A stretch of 40,510 bases of DNA from NCBI GenBank assembly GCA_038248575.1, contig JBBRXI010000001.1, positions 1-40,510 on the forward strand, in the 5' to 3' direction. The translations under genes and the position numbers were made by a program. The number at the start of each line of letters is the position of its first letter. The stretch's first letter is position 1. This DNA is from Burkholderiales bacterium (GTDB lineage Bacteria > Pseudomonadota > Gammaproteobacteria > Burkholderiales > Rhodocyclaceae). Below the pieces are notes generated by a model. The model was not told the DNA's origin and did not search any database. It was given only the letters and a program-made list of their open reading frames with translations. Positions 26,973 through 36,556 of this stretch are shown piece after piece.

Positions 26973-28769
26973 ATGCAACTGCAAGACATCCGGAATTTCT
27001 CGATCATCGCCCACATCGACCACGGGAAATCGACGCTCGCCGACCGCATCATCCACCTTTGCGGCGGGTTGTCGGACCGCGAAATGGAGGCGCAAGTCCT
27101 CGATTCGATGGACATCGAACGCGAGCGCGGCATTACGATCAAGGCCCAGACAGCGGCGTTGCAGTACACCTCGCGCAGCGGCCGGGTCTATAACCTGAAC
27201 CTGATCGATACGCCGGGCCATGTCGACTTTTCCTATGAAGTCTCGCGCTCGCTCTCGGCGTGCGAGGGCGCCTTGCTCGTCGTAGACGCCTCGCAAGGTG
27301 TCGAGGCGCAGACGGTTGCCAACTGCTACACGGCGATTGAGCTCGGTGTCGAGGTCTTACCGGTGCTCAACAAGATCGATCTGCCGTCAGCAACGCCGGA
27401 CGTCGCGCGCCAGGAAATCGAAGACGTCATCGGCATCGACGCTTCGCACGCGGTGCTCACGTCGGCGAAGACCGGGCTCGGCGTGGACGATGTCCTCGAA
27501 GCGATCATTGAACGCATCCCTGCGCCGCAGGGCGATCCCGACGCGCCGCTCAAAGCGCTCCTGATCGATTCCTGGTTCGACAACTACGTCGGCGTCGTCA
27601 TGCTCGTGCGCGTCATCGACGGCAGCTTGCGGCCGAAGGACAAGATACGGCTGATGGCAGCCGGATCGACACATCTGTGCGAAGAAGTCGGCGTGTTTAC
27701 GCCCAAGGCGCTGCAACGGGACGTGCTCGCCGCCGGCGAAGTCGGCTATATCGTCGCCGGGATCAAGGAACTGCAGGCGGCCAAGGTTGGCGATACCGTT
27801 ACGTCGGCGACCATGCCGGCCAGCGCCGCGCTACCGGGCTTCAAGGAAATCAAGTCGCAGGTCTTCGCCGGTCTTTACCCCGTCGAGTCGAACCAATACG
27901 AATCGCTGCGCGAATCACTCGAAAAACTCAAGCTTAACGACGCGTCGCTGCATTACGAACCGGAAGTCTCGCAGGCGCTCGGTTTCGGCTTCCGCTGCGG
28001 TTTTCTCGGCTTGCTGCACATGGAAATTGTCCAGGAGCGGCTCGAGCGCGAGTTCGATCAGGACCTGATCACAACTGCGCCGACCGTCGTCTACGAAGTG
28101 CTGATGCGCGACGGCAGCATCGTCCGGGTCGAAAATCCGGCTAAACTGCCTGACCAGACCAAGGTCGAGGAAATTCGCGAACCGATCATCACCATCACCG
28201 TTTTCGTTCCGCAACAGTACCTCGGTAACGTCATTACGCTGTGCAACGAGAAGCGCGGCAACCAGGTCGACATGACCTACCACGGCCGCCAAGTGCAATT
28301 GGTCTATGAAATGCCGATGGCCGAAGTCGTCATGGACTTCTTCGACAAGCTGAAGTCGGTGTCGCGCGGCTATGCCTCGCTCGATTACGACTTCAAGGAA
28401 TTCCGCGCCGCCGACGTCGTCAAGCTCGACATTCTGATCAACTCCGAAAAGGTCGACGCCTTGTCGATGATCGTGCACCGCGCCAACGCCATCTACCGCG
28501 GCCGGGAACTGGCCGCCAAAATGCGCCAGCTGATTCCCCGTCAGATGTATGATGTTGCCATACAAGCGGCGATCGGATCGAATATCATCGCGCGTGAAAA
28601 CGTCAAGGCCATGCGCAAGGACGTGCTCGCTAAGTGTTATGGCGGCGACATTTCGCGCAAGAAAAAGCTGCTCGAGAAGCAGAAAGCCGGCAAGAAGCGG
28701 ATGAAACAGGTCGGCTCGGTTGAAATTCCGCAGGAAGCGTTCCTCGCTGTGCTGCGCATCGGAAAGTAA
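26973..28769 (+). CDS. lepA: Translation elongation factor 4 (LepA)
   Basis: [55 protein letters not shown]. Confidence 0.99.
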   Translation: MQLQDIRNFSIIAHIDHGKSTLADRIIHLCGGLSDREMEAQVLDSMDIERERGITIKAQTAALQYTSRSGRVYNLNLIDTPGHVDFSYEVSRSLSACEGALLVVDASQGVEAQTVANCYTAIELGVEVLPVLNKIDLPSATPDVARQEIEDVIGIDASHAVLTSAKTGLGVDDVLEAIIERIPAPQGDPDAPLKALLIDSWFDNYVGVVMLVRVIDGSLRPKDKIRLMAAGSTHLCEEVGVFTPKALQRDVLAAGEVGYIVAGIKELQAAKVGDTVTSATMPASAALPGFKEIKSQVFAGLYPVESNQYESLRESLEKLKLNDASLHYEPEVSQALGFGFRCGFLGLLHMEIVQERLEREFDQDLITTAPTVVYEVLMRDGSIVRVENPAKLPDQTKVEEIREPIITITVFVPQQYLGNVITLCNEKRGNQVDMTYHGRQVQLVYEMPMAEVVMDFFDKLKSVSRGYASLDYDFKEFRAADVVKLDILINSEKVDALSMIVHRANAIYRGRELAAKMRQLIPRQMYDVAIQAAIGSNIIARENVKAMRKDVLAKCYGGDISRKKKLLEKQKAGKKRMKQVGSVEIPQEAFLAVLRIGK

Positions 28770-28782
28770 GGGAGACCTTAGG

Positions 28783-29571
28783 GTGAATTTTGCGTTAATT
28801 TTGTTCTGTCTGCTGCTCGCCAGCGGAGCCATCTGGCTCGTCGACCTGCTCGTCTTCAGCAAGCGTCGGGCGCCCGGCGCCAAGGACCCGTGGTGGGTCG
28901 AGTACGGCGCAAGCTTCTTCCCGGTCATTCTGCTCGTTTTCGTCCTGCGCTCGTTCCTCGTCGAGCCGTTCAAGATTCCGTCAGGCTCGATGATTCCGAC
29001 GCTCCAAGTCGGCGACTTCATTCTCGTCAACAAGTTCACCTATGGAATCCGTCTGCCGGTAATCAACAAGAAAATCATCGATATCGGCGAACCACGGCGC
29101 GGCGACGTCGTCGTCTTCCGCTACCCCGAAGACCCGTCGCTCGACTATATCAAGCGCGTCGTCGGCGTTCCCGGCGACCGCGTGGCGTATCAGAACAAGC
29201 GCCTCACGATCAACGGCCAGCCGGTCGATACGAGCCGCGTTGACGACTATCTGCATCCAGAACGACTGTACTACTCGAAACAGCATATCGAACGCGTGGA
29301 CGGCCTTGAGTATCGAACGCTCAACGATGACGACGCGCCGGGCTTTATTTCGGGCGCGACGCAGTTCCCGCGTCGTAGCGATTGCCTCTACAATAATGCA
29401 GGTGTAATCTGCACGGTCCCGGCGGGGAACTACTTCATGATGGGTGACAATAGGGACAACAGCCGCGACAGTCGTTTTTGGGGGTTCGTGCCGGAAGAGA
29501 ACATCGTCGGCAAGGCCTTCTTCATCTGGCTCAACTTCAGCGACTTAAAGCGCGTTGGCCCGTTCAAATAA
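28783..29571 (+). CDS. lepB: Signal peptidase I
   Basis: EPFKIPSGSMIPTL, DYIKRVVG, GDNRDNSRDSR; GTG start at 28783. Confidence 0.98.
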   Translation: MNFALILFCLLLASGAIWLVDLLVFSKRRAPGAKDPWWVEYGASFFPVILLVFVLRSFLVEPFKIPSGSMIPTLQVGDFILVNKFTYGIRLPVINKKIIDIGEPRRGDVVVFRYPEDPSLDYIKRVVGVPGDRVAYQNKRLTINGQPVDTSRVDDYLHPERLYYSKQHIERVDGLEYRTLNDDDAPGFISGATQFPRRSDCLYNNAGVICTVPAGNYFMMGDNRDNSRDSRFWGFVPEENIVGKAFFIWLNFSDLKRVGPFK

Positions 29572-29586
29572 AAGGACTCTTCGTCT

Positions 29587-29943
29587 ATGCAACGTCAGCG
29601 TGGTCTAACGCTCTCCGGTCTTCTGTTCTGGGGGATCATCATTTCGCTCGTCGCCATTCTCGGGATTCGTGTAGCGCCTGAGGTCATCGGCTACTACAAG
29701 ATCAAGAAGAGCGTCAAATCGACGGCGCTTAATTCGGCCGGCAAGACGGTACCCGAGATCCGCAGCATCTATGGCCGCTATGCCGACGTCGAGCATATCT
29801 CGACAGTCACCGCGGCCGACCTCGACATCACCAAGGAAGGCAACGATATCGTCATTTCGTTTGCCTACGAAAAGCGCATTCCGCTGTTTGCCAACGTCAG
29901 TTTGCTGATCGATTTCGAAGGTTCTTCGTCGGAGCGCGAATAA
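29587..29943 (+). CDS. DUF4845 family membrane protein
   Basis: Pilin-like N-terminus RQRGLTL plus TM; YEKRIPLFANVSLLIDF; conserved position between lepB and rnc. Confidence 0.85.
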   Translation: MQRQRGLTLSGLLFWGIIISLVAILGIRVAPEVIGYYKIKKSVKSTALNSAGKTVPEIRSIYGRYADVEHISTVTAADLDITKEGNDIVISFAYEKRIPLFANVSLLIDFEGSSSERE

Positions 29944-29948
29944 GGCGC

Positions 29949-30617
29949 ATGAGCAAACGACTCGAGCGCGCGCTCGGCCATACGTTTTCCGAACCCATGC
30001 TGCTGCTGACGGCGCTGACGCATTGCAGCCACAGTTCGCCTCATAACGAGCGGCTTGAATTTCTCGGCGACTCGATACTCAACGGCACCATTGCGCGCGA
30101 GCTTTTCGATCGCTTTCCAAATCTTCCTGAAGGCGATCTTTCGCGACTGCGCGCCAACCTCGTGTGCCAGGACACGCTGCACCGGTTGGCCCTGTCGCTG
30201 GAGCTCGGCGACTGTCTGCGCCTTGGTGACGGCGAACTCAAGAGCGGCGGGTCACAACGTCCGTCGATCCTTGCCGACGCCCTTGAAGCGCTGTTTGGCG
30301 CGATCTGGCTCGATGCTGGTTTCGAGGCTGCGCGTGCGGTCATCGGTCGGCTGTACGCGGGCATGCTGGCGGCGATCGTTCCCGGACAGCCGATCAAGGA
30401 CGCCAAAACGCGGCTGCAGGAAGTTCTCCAGGGGCGGCGCTTGCCGCTGCCCAAGTACTCGCTGATCGCGACCGAAGGCGAGGCGCATGTGCAGCAATTC
30501 AAAATTGCCTGTTCGCTCGACGCGCTCAATATCCGAACCGAAGGTCGGGGCGCTAGCCGCCGTACCGCTGAACAAATGGCCGCCGAACGCGCCCTGGAAA
30601 GGCTGCAAAAACAATGA
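29949..30617 (+). CDS. rnc: Ribonuclease III
   Basis: Signature [19 protein letters not shown], dsRBD KTRLQE...AEQ.AA. Confidence 0.98.
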   Translation: MSKRLERALGHTFSEPMLLLTALTHCSHSSPHNERLEFLGDSILNGTIARELFDRFPNLPEGDLSRLRANLVCQDTLHRLALSLELGDCLRLGDGELKSGGSQRPSILADALEALFGAIWLDAGFEAARAVIGRLYAGMLAAIVPGQPIKDAKTRLQEVLQGRRLPLPKYSLIATEGEAHVQQFKIACSLDALNIRTEGRGASRRTAEQMAAERALERLQKQ

Positions 30618-31498
30618 ACCAGACCAAGTCCGGAACCATCGCCATCGTCGGCCGCCCGAACGTTGGCAAATCGACCCTGTTGAATCGCCTGATCGGCGAA
30701 AAAATCAGCATTGTTTCGCGCAAGGCGCAGACAACGCGCCATCGCATCATGGGCATCCTGACGCGGCCTGACGCGCAGTATGTCTTCGTCGATACGCCGG
30801 GTTTCCAGACCAAACACACCAATGCGCTCAACCGCGCGATGAATCGCGGCGTAACGCAGGCGCTGGCCGATGTGGACGTGGTGATCTTCGTCGTCGACGC
30901 CGACCACTTCGACGAGCGGGACCAGGCCGTCGTCAAGCTTCTGCCGCCGGAACGCCCGGTGATCTTGGCGGTTAACAAAGTGGACCAGATCAAGGAGAAG
31001 ACCAAGCTCTTGCCGATCCTTGCCCATCTCGCAACGCAATACGCGTTTGCCGCCATCGTTCCGGTCAGCGCCGCAAAGGGCCGCCAGCTCGAAGATCTCC
31101 TCGGCGAAACGCGCAAGCACCTGCCCAACGACGAGTTGCTCTTCGGCGAAGACGAAATTACCGACAAAAGTGAACGGTTCCTCGCCGCCGAATACATCCG
31201 CGAAAAACTTTTTCGTTTGATCGGCGACGAATTGCCGTATTCGGCGACCGTCGAAGTGGAAAAATTCGAACTCGACGGCGCCTTGCGCCGAATCCACGCG
31301 GCGATTGTCGTCGACCGGCAGGCGCACAAGGGCATCGTCATCGGCAAGGGTGGCGAGACGCTCAAACGGATCGCCTCCGAAGCACGGCAGGACATGGAGC
31401 GCCTATTTGGCGGAAAAGTATTCCTCGAAGTCTTCGTCAAGGTGAAAACCGGCTGGAGCGACGATGAGCGGCTGCTCAAGAGCCTTGGCTACGAGTAA
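30614..31498 (+). CDS. era: GTPase Era
   Basis: [22 protein letters not shown] domain IVIGKGG. Confidence 0.99.
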   Translation: MNQTKSGTIAIVGRPNVGKSTLLNRLIGEKISIVSRKAQTTRHRIMGILTRPDAQYVFVDTPGFQTKHTNALNRAMNRGVTQALADVDVVIFVVDADHFDERDQAVVKLLPPERPVILAVNKVDQIKEKTKLLPILAHLATQYAFAAIVPVSAAKGRQLEDLLGETRKHLPNDELLFGEDEITDKSERFLAAEYIREKLFRLIGDELPYSATVEVEKFELDGALRRIHAAIVVDRQAHKGIVIGKGGETLKRIASEARQDMERLFGGKVFLEVFVKVKTGWSDDERLLKSLGYE

Positions 31499-31518
31499 GT
31501 GCGAGAGGGTGCGAGGTG

Positions 31519-32217
31519 ATGCCCCGGCATAAAGTCGACGGCCAACCGGCCTTCGTCCTGCACAGCTATCCGTTCCGCGAAACGAGTCTGATCGTCGAGG
31601 TTTTCTCGCGTGACTTCGGCCGCGTCGCGCTTCTCGCGCGCGGCGCTCGCCGTCCGCGTTCCGCTCTGCGCGGCCTGCTGCTGGCTTTCCAGCCGGTTGA
31701 ACTGGCGTGGGCCGGGAAGGGCGATGTACAGACCCTGGTCAAGGCCGAATGGCAGGGAGGCCAACCCCTGCTCACCGGCAAGGCGCTCTTTTGCGCCTAT
31801 TACCTGAACGAACTTCTGATGCAACTTCTGCCCCGTGAAGACGCCCACGGACAGCTCTTCTCGGTATATGCTGAAACCCTGCGTCGCTTCGCCGATACGC
31901 TGCGCGAAGCGGACCTGCGCCGCTTCGAGCGTGCCTTCCTGCAGGAGCTTGGTTACGGGCTAACGCTCGAAAACGATGCCAGCGGGCAGCCAATTGACCC
32001 GGCCGGGGATTATGCTTACGAGATTGAACACGGTCCGGTGCGACTTGCGCGCCAAGGCAATTCAGCGCTCGCGGTGAGCGGCAAGGCCTTGCTCGACCTC
32101 GGGCGCGACGATTTCTCCGATCCGCGCTCCTTGTTCGAGGCCAAGCAGTTGATGCGAGCGCTGATTGCCCATTACACCGGCGGCAAGGGTCTGGAAACGC
32201 GCAAAATTTTTAAGTAG
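31519..32217 (+). CDS. recO: DNA repair protein RecO (possibly shortened by about 5 residues by a TAG)
   Basis: AFVLHSYPFRETSL, YLNELL, LRRFE..L.ELGYG; between era and pdxJ. GTG 31516 is an alternative start. Confidence 0.95.
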   Translation: MPRHKVDGQPAFVLHSYPFRETSLIVEVFSRDFGRVALLARGARRPRSALRGLLLAFQPVELAWAGKGDVQTLVKAEWQGGQPLLTGKALFCAYYLNELLMQLLPREDAHGQLFSVYAETLRRFADTLREADLRRFERAFLQELGYGLTLENDASGQPIDPAGDYAYEIEHGPVRLARQGNSALAVSGKALLDLGRDDFSDPRSLFEAKQLMRALIAHYTGGKGLETRKIFK

Positions 32218-32228
32218 CTACACGAACT

Positions 32229-33008
32229 ATGATCGAACTGGGGGTGAACATAGACCACGTGGCGACGATTCGCCAGGCGCGCAAAACCTACGAGCCCGAG
32301 CCAGCGTGGGCGGCCGTCGAAGCGCATCTCGGCGGTGCCGACGGCATCACCGTGCACCTGCGCGAAGACCGGCGACACATTCAGGACGCCGACGTCGAAA
32401 AGCTGCGTACGCTGACCCAGATCAAGCTCAATCTCGAGATGGCGGCGACCGACGAGATGGTCGGCATCGCCTGTCGGCTAAAGCCCGAAATGGCCATGCT
32501 GGTTCCCGAAGGCCGCCACGAAGTGACAACCGAAGGCGGTCTCGATATCGTCGCCCAGGAGGCAAAGCTTAAAACGGCGATCACCCGGCTGAGCGACGCT
32601 GGCATCGTCAGCAGCGTCTTCATCGACGCCGAAATCGAGCAGATCGAAGCGGCGGCGCGCATCGGCGCGCGCGTCTGCGAAATCCACACCGGACCTTACG
32701 CGCATGCTTTTCATCACAAGGGACGTGATGCTGACAGCCCGGCGGTACTCGCCGAGCTCGAAAAGATCCGCGTTGCCGGCGCGGCGATCCGCAGCCTCGG
32801 TATGCGTTTTAACGCCGGACACGCGCTCAATTACTTCAACGTGCAACCGGTCGCCCGCCTGACCGGAATCCGCGAACTGCACATCGGCCACGCCATCATC
32901 AGCCGCGCCGTGTTTGTTGGTCTGCGCGAGGCGGTGCGCGAAATGAAGCGCCTCATGCGCGAGGCGCAGGCGCATTTGCCGTCTAATATGCCGTCGTTCG
33001 GCCGATGA
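32229..33008 (+). CDS. pdxJ: Pyridoxine 5'-phosphate synthase
   Basis: LGVNIDHVAT.R, ITVHLREDRRHI, TTEGGLD, EIHTG, NAGH, ELHIGH. Confidence 0.98.
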   Translation: MIELGVNIDHVATIRQARKTYEPEPAWAAVEAHLGGADGITVHLREDRRHIQDADVEKLRTLTQIKLNLEMAATDEMVGIACRLKPEMAMLVPEGRHEVTTEGGLDIVAQEAKLKTAITRLSDAGIVSSVFIDAEIEQIEAAARIGARVCEIHTGPYAHAFHHKGRDADSPAVLAELEKIRVAGAAIRSLGMRFNAGHALNYFNVQPVARLTGIRELHIGHAIISRAVFVGLREAVREMKRLMREAQAHLPSNMPSFGR

Positions 33009-33382
33009 TCGTTGGCGTCGGCACCGACATTGTTGCCGTTGCCCGGCTCGCGCGGCTGTTCGAGCGCCACGGCAAGCGGGCAGTCGACAAGCTGCTGGCG
33101 CCGCTCGAACGCGCCGATTTCACACGCGCTACGGATCCGGCACGTTTCCTGGCCAAGCGCTTCGCTGCCAAGGAGGCGCTCGGCAAGGCGCTCGGCATCG
33201 GCGTCGCGGTGCCGGCGACGCTGCCCAATATCAGCGTCGTGCACGACGCCCTCGGCAAACCGGCTTTCCACTATGCTGCCGAACTCGCGTGTTATCTCGC
33301 CGATCGTGGGCTGGTTGCCCACCTCTCGATCAGTGACGAAAAGGAGTTCGCGCTGGCTTTTGTCGTCGTCGAAAAGGCATGA
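33005..33382 (+). CDS. acpS: Holo-ACP synthase
   Basis: GVGTDIV, LAKRFAAKEA..KALG.G, GKP, HLSISDE. Confidence 0.97.
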   Translation: MIVGVGTDIVAVARLARLFERHGKRAVDKLLAPLERADFTRATDPARFLAKRFAAKEALGKALGIGVAVPATLPNISVVHDALGKPAFHYAAELACYLADRGLVAHLSISDEKEFALAFVVVEKA

Positions 33383-34398
33383 GCGCAGCCAAACCGGTGG
33401 CACACGGCCCGCTGATGATCGATATCGGCGGGCTCGAGCTGAGCGCACTCGACCGCCAGCGCCTCACGCATCCGCTCATCGGCGGGCTGATCCTCTTCGC
33501 GCGCAATTACGCGTCGCCCGAACAACTCGCCCGGCTGACCGCCGAAGTCCACGCGCTGCGTTCGCCGCCGCTGCTCATTGCCATCGACCATGAGGGCGGA
33601 CGCGTACAGCGCTGCCGCCAAGGATTTACCCGCCTGCCGGCGATGCGTACTCTCGGCAAGTTATGGGAACGCGAGCCGCAAGAGGCGCTCGACGCGGCGC
33701 GGGCGATCGGCTACGTGCTCGCCGCCGACCTGCGCAGCAGCGGCGTCGACCTGTCGTTTACACCGGTGCTCGACCTCGACTGGGGGCGCAGCAGCGTCAT
33801 TGGCGACCGTTCGTTTCACGCCGATCCGGTGGTCGTCGGCGAACTCGCCGCGGCCTTGATCGAGGGCCTGCATGGCGCCGGAATGAGCGCCTGCGGCAAG
33901 CATTTTCCGGGTCACGGCTGGGCACTCGCCGATTCGCACGTCGCGCTGCCGGTCGACGAACGCAGTCTTGCGCAACTGGCGCCCGACATGGAACCCTACC
34001 GCCGCCTGCGCCTTGACGCGGTGATGCCGGCACACGTCATCTACCCGCACGTCGACGCCCGCCCAGCCGGCTTCTCGCCGGTCTGGATCGCCATATTGCG
34101 TGAGCAGCTTGGCTTTTCCGGCGTCGTTTTCAGCGACGATCTGTCGATGCATGGCGCCAGCGTCGCCGGCAACATGGTTGAACGCGCAGGCGCCGCATGG
34201 AGCGCCGGCTGCGACCTGCTGCTCGTCTGCAACGCTCCCGACGCGGTCGGCGAAGTGCTCGAAGGCTGGCATCGGCCATTCGACGCGCAGCGCTCGGCGC
34301 GCGTCGCGCGTCTGCTGCCGGGCGTGCCGGCGGGCGAGCGCGCGCACGACGCGCGCTATCTTGCCGGCGTCACGATCGCCGAGCGTCTGCTCGTTTAG
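33379..34398 (+). CDS. nagZ: Beta-N-acetylhexosaminidase (GH3)
   Basis: GGLILFARN, IDHEGGRVQR, KHFPGHG....DSH, FSDDLSM. Confidence 0.97.
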   Translation: MSAAKPVAHGPLMIDIGGLELSALDRQRLTHPLIGGLILFARNYASPEQLARLTAEVHALRSPPLLIAIDHEGGRVQRCRQGFTRLPAMRTLGKLWEREPQEALDAARAIGYVLAADLRSSGVDLSFTPVLDLDWGRSSVIGDRSFHADPVVVGELAAALIEGLHGAGMSACGKHFPGHGWALADSHVALPVDERSLAQLAPDMEPYRRLRLDAVMPAHVIYPHVDARPAGFSPVWIAILREQLGFSGVVFSDDLSMHGASVAGNMVERAGAAWSAGCDLLLVCNAPDAVGEVLEGWHRPFDAQRSARVARLLPGVPAGERAHDARYLAGVTIAERLLV

Positions 34399-34465
34399 GC
34401 ATCGACCAGCGCAAGCTTGCCGTCCCCGGTGATCTCATGACGAGAGCTCGAATAAGCCTTTGCCT

Positions 34466-35686
34466 TTAGTGGATCCCCAGTGCCGCACGCAGAAGCCATC
34501 CCGCCGCACCACCGCCGACGACAACCAGCCACGGCGGAAGCTTCCAGAACATCAGCGCAACCAGGGCCAGCAGAGCCAGTGCGAAATCCTGCGGCCGGTG
34601 AATGGCGCTCGTCCACACCGGCTGATAGAGCGCGGCCAGCAGCAGGCCGACCACGGCAGCATTAACCCCGGCCAAGGCCGCTTGCGTGCGCAGGCTACGG
34701 CGCAGTCGCTCCCAAAACGGCAAAACACCGACGACCAACAGGAAAGCCGGAGCGAAGATCGCCAGCAGACAGATCATTCCGCTGATCCAAGCCGAAGGTG
34801 GCGCGCTCATCGATGCGCCGAGGAAGGCGGCGAAGGTAAACAAGGGGCCGGGCACCGCTTGCGCGGCACCGTAGCCGGCAAGGAAGGCTTCATTGCTGAC
34901 CCAGCCGGAGGGAACGACTTCAGCTTGCAGCAGCGGCAGCACGACGTGGCCACCACCGAATACCAGTGCGCCCGCCCGAAAGAAGGCATCGACCCGGATC
35001 AGGGTTTGGCTCGGTATCAGTTGAGCCAAAACCGGCAGACCGACGAGTAGAACAAAAAACAGCGACAACGCGAGTAGGCCGGCCCGGCGGCTCAGCCTGA
35101 TCGGCAGCGGATCGTGCGCGCTGTGCTGTACCGGCTTGAACAGCAGCAGGCCGGCGATGCCAGCGGCAGCAATCATGCCGACCTGCCCCCATGCGGACGG
35201 CACGAGCAGAACGACGCAGCTCGCCAGCGCCATGATCGTCACGCGCAGCACATCAGTGCAGAGATTGCGCGCCATGCCCCATACCGCTTGCGCGACGACG
35301 GCGACCGCGACGACCTTCAGGCCATGCAGTACACCGGGCGCAATGGCATCGCCGTAATTGGAAATGCCAAGCGCGAAGAGGGTCAGGGCAAGGGCTGAAG
35401 GCAGTGTGAAGCCAGCCCAGGCGGCCAGCGCCCCGGTGTAGCCCGCTCGGGACAAGCCCACGGCGATGCCGACCTGGCTGCTTGCCGGCCCCGGCAGGAA
35501 TTGGCACAGCGCCACCAGATCCGCATAGCTGCGCTCCGAAAGCCACTGCCGGCGTATGACAAACTCCTCGCGAAAGTAAGCCAGGTGCGCTATTGGGCCG
35601 CCGAAGGAGGTCAGCCCCAGGCGCAGGAAGATGAGAAAGACCGCCCAAGGGCTGCGGTCGACGGTGTGGGAGTTGGCGTTGGCCAT
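34466..35686 (-). CDS. chrA: Chromate efflux transporter, long-chain CHR family
   Basis: Two CHR halves: FLRLGLTSFGGP...CQFLPGPASSQ and FFRAGALVFGGG...AQAVPGP; highly hydrophobic. Confidence 0.93.
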   Translation of the reverse strand: MANANSHTVDRSPWAVFLIFLRLGLTSFGGPIAHLAYFREEFVIRRQWLSERSYADLVALCQFLPGPASSQVGIAVGLSRAGYTGALAAWAGFTLPSALALTLFALGISNYGDAIAPGVLHGLKVVAVAVVAQAVWGMARNLCTDVLRVTIMALASCVVLLVPSAWGQVGMIAAAGIAGLLLFKPVQHSAHDPLPIRLSRRAGLLALSLFFVLLVGLPVLAQLIPSQTLIRVDAFFRAGALVFGGGHVVLPLLQAEVVPSGWVSNEAFLAGYGAAQAVPGPLFTFAAFLGASMSAPPSAWISGMICLLAIFAPAFLLVVGVLPFWERLRRSLRTQAALAGVNAAVVGLLLAALYQPVWTSAIHRPQDFALALLALVALMFWKLPPWLVVVGGGAAGWLLRAALGIH

Positions 35687-35907
35687 AGCTGGGGCACTTT
35701 CAGCGCGAGATCACCTCGTCGTGATGATGACCGATTCCGCCAGCGCTGGCATGACTGATTTTTTGGCGCGCGTCGAAATGCGGCTGGTCTATTTGCTGGT
35801 CGCAGCGCGCCAAGCACGTTCCGCACGCCGTGTCGCTGGCGCGGCACCAGAGTCCCCAGGGGAACGACGACGGTCTCAGCCGCGAAGAAGGTCGCTTACT
35901 TTTCGCG

Positions 35908-35943
35908 CACGAAAAAGAGACAGTCGCAGCGGTCTTTTTCGTG
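35908..35943 (-). terminator. Terminator-like hairpin downstream of efp
   Basis: CACGAAAAAGAGAC-loop-GTCTTTTTCGTG inverted repeat with A/T runs. Confidence 0.65.
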
Positions 35944-35960
35944 GCACGCAGTCGTCGGAT

Positions 35961-36518
35961 CTACTTGACGCGGGCGCGGTACTCGTTGGTTCGCGTATCG
36001 ATTTCGATCTTGTCGCCGATTTCGACGAAAGCCGGAACCGGAATTTCGAAACCGGTTCCCAGGCGTGCCGGCTTCATCACCTTGCCCGAGGTGTCGCCTT
36101 TGACCGCCGGTTCGGTGTAGATCACTTCGCGCACGAGGCTGTTCGGCATTTCGACCGAGATCGCCTTGCCGTCGTAGAAAACGACATCGCAGGGCATCGC
36201 TTCCTGAAGGTAATTGAGCGCGTCGGCCATGCAATCGGATTCGATTTCGTACTGGTTGTACTCGGCGTCCATAAAGACGTACATCGGATCGGCGAAGTAG
36301 GAATAACTGACTTCCTTGCGGTCGAGCTGGACGACGTCGAACTTGTCGTCGGCGCGATATACCGTCTCGGACGGCGAGCCGGTCAGCAGGTTCTTCATCT
36401 TCATTTTGACGACCGAAGCGTTGCGCCCGGACTTGCTGTAGTCGGCCTTGAGCACGACCATCGGATCGTTGCCGACCATAAAGACATTGCCTGCGCGGAG
36501 TTCTTGAGCGGTTTTCAT
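35961..36518 (-). CDS. efp: Elongation factor P (Arg32, rhamnosylated type)
   Basis: [11 protein letters not shown], loop [24 protein letters not shown]. Confidence 0.98.
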   Translation of the reverse strand: MKTAQELRAGNVFMVGNDPMVVLKADYSKSGRNASVVKMKMKNLLTGSPSETVYRADDKFDVVQLDRKEVSYSYFADPMYVFMDAEYNQYEIESDCMADALNYLQEAMPCDVVFYDGKAISVEMPNSLVREVIYTEPAVKGDTSGKVMKPARLGTGFEIPVPAFVEIGDKIEIDTRTNEYRARVK

Positions 36519-36556
36519 GACTGTTCCGGAAATAACGGTGAAAAATTAGCCGCGAA

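Noticed and set aside
29587-29650. Prepilin-like N-terminus (RQRGLTL) suggesting a pilus system
   Set aside because: Typical of the DUF4845 protein conserved between lepB and rnc; it lacks Glu at +5 and no pilus genes are nearby.
32215-32217. Pyrrolysine or amber recoding in recO
   Set aside because: No pyl genes in the window, and TAG is a normal stop in fabF, rpoE, degP, nagZ, efp and pgsA.
35687-35960. Fluoride or other riboswitch upstream of chrA
   Set aside because: I could not find the fluoride riboswitch core or any other known aptamer consensus on the minus strand.
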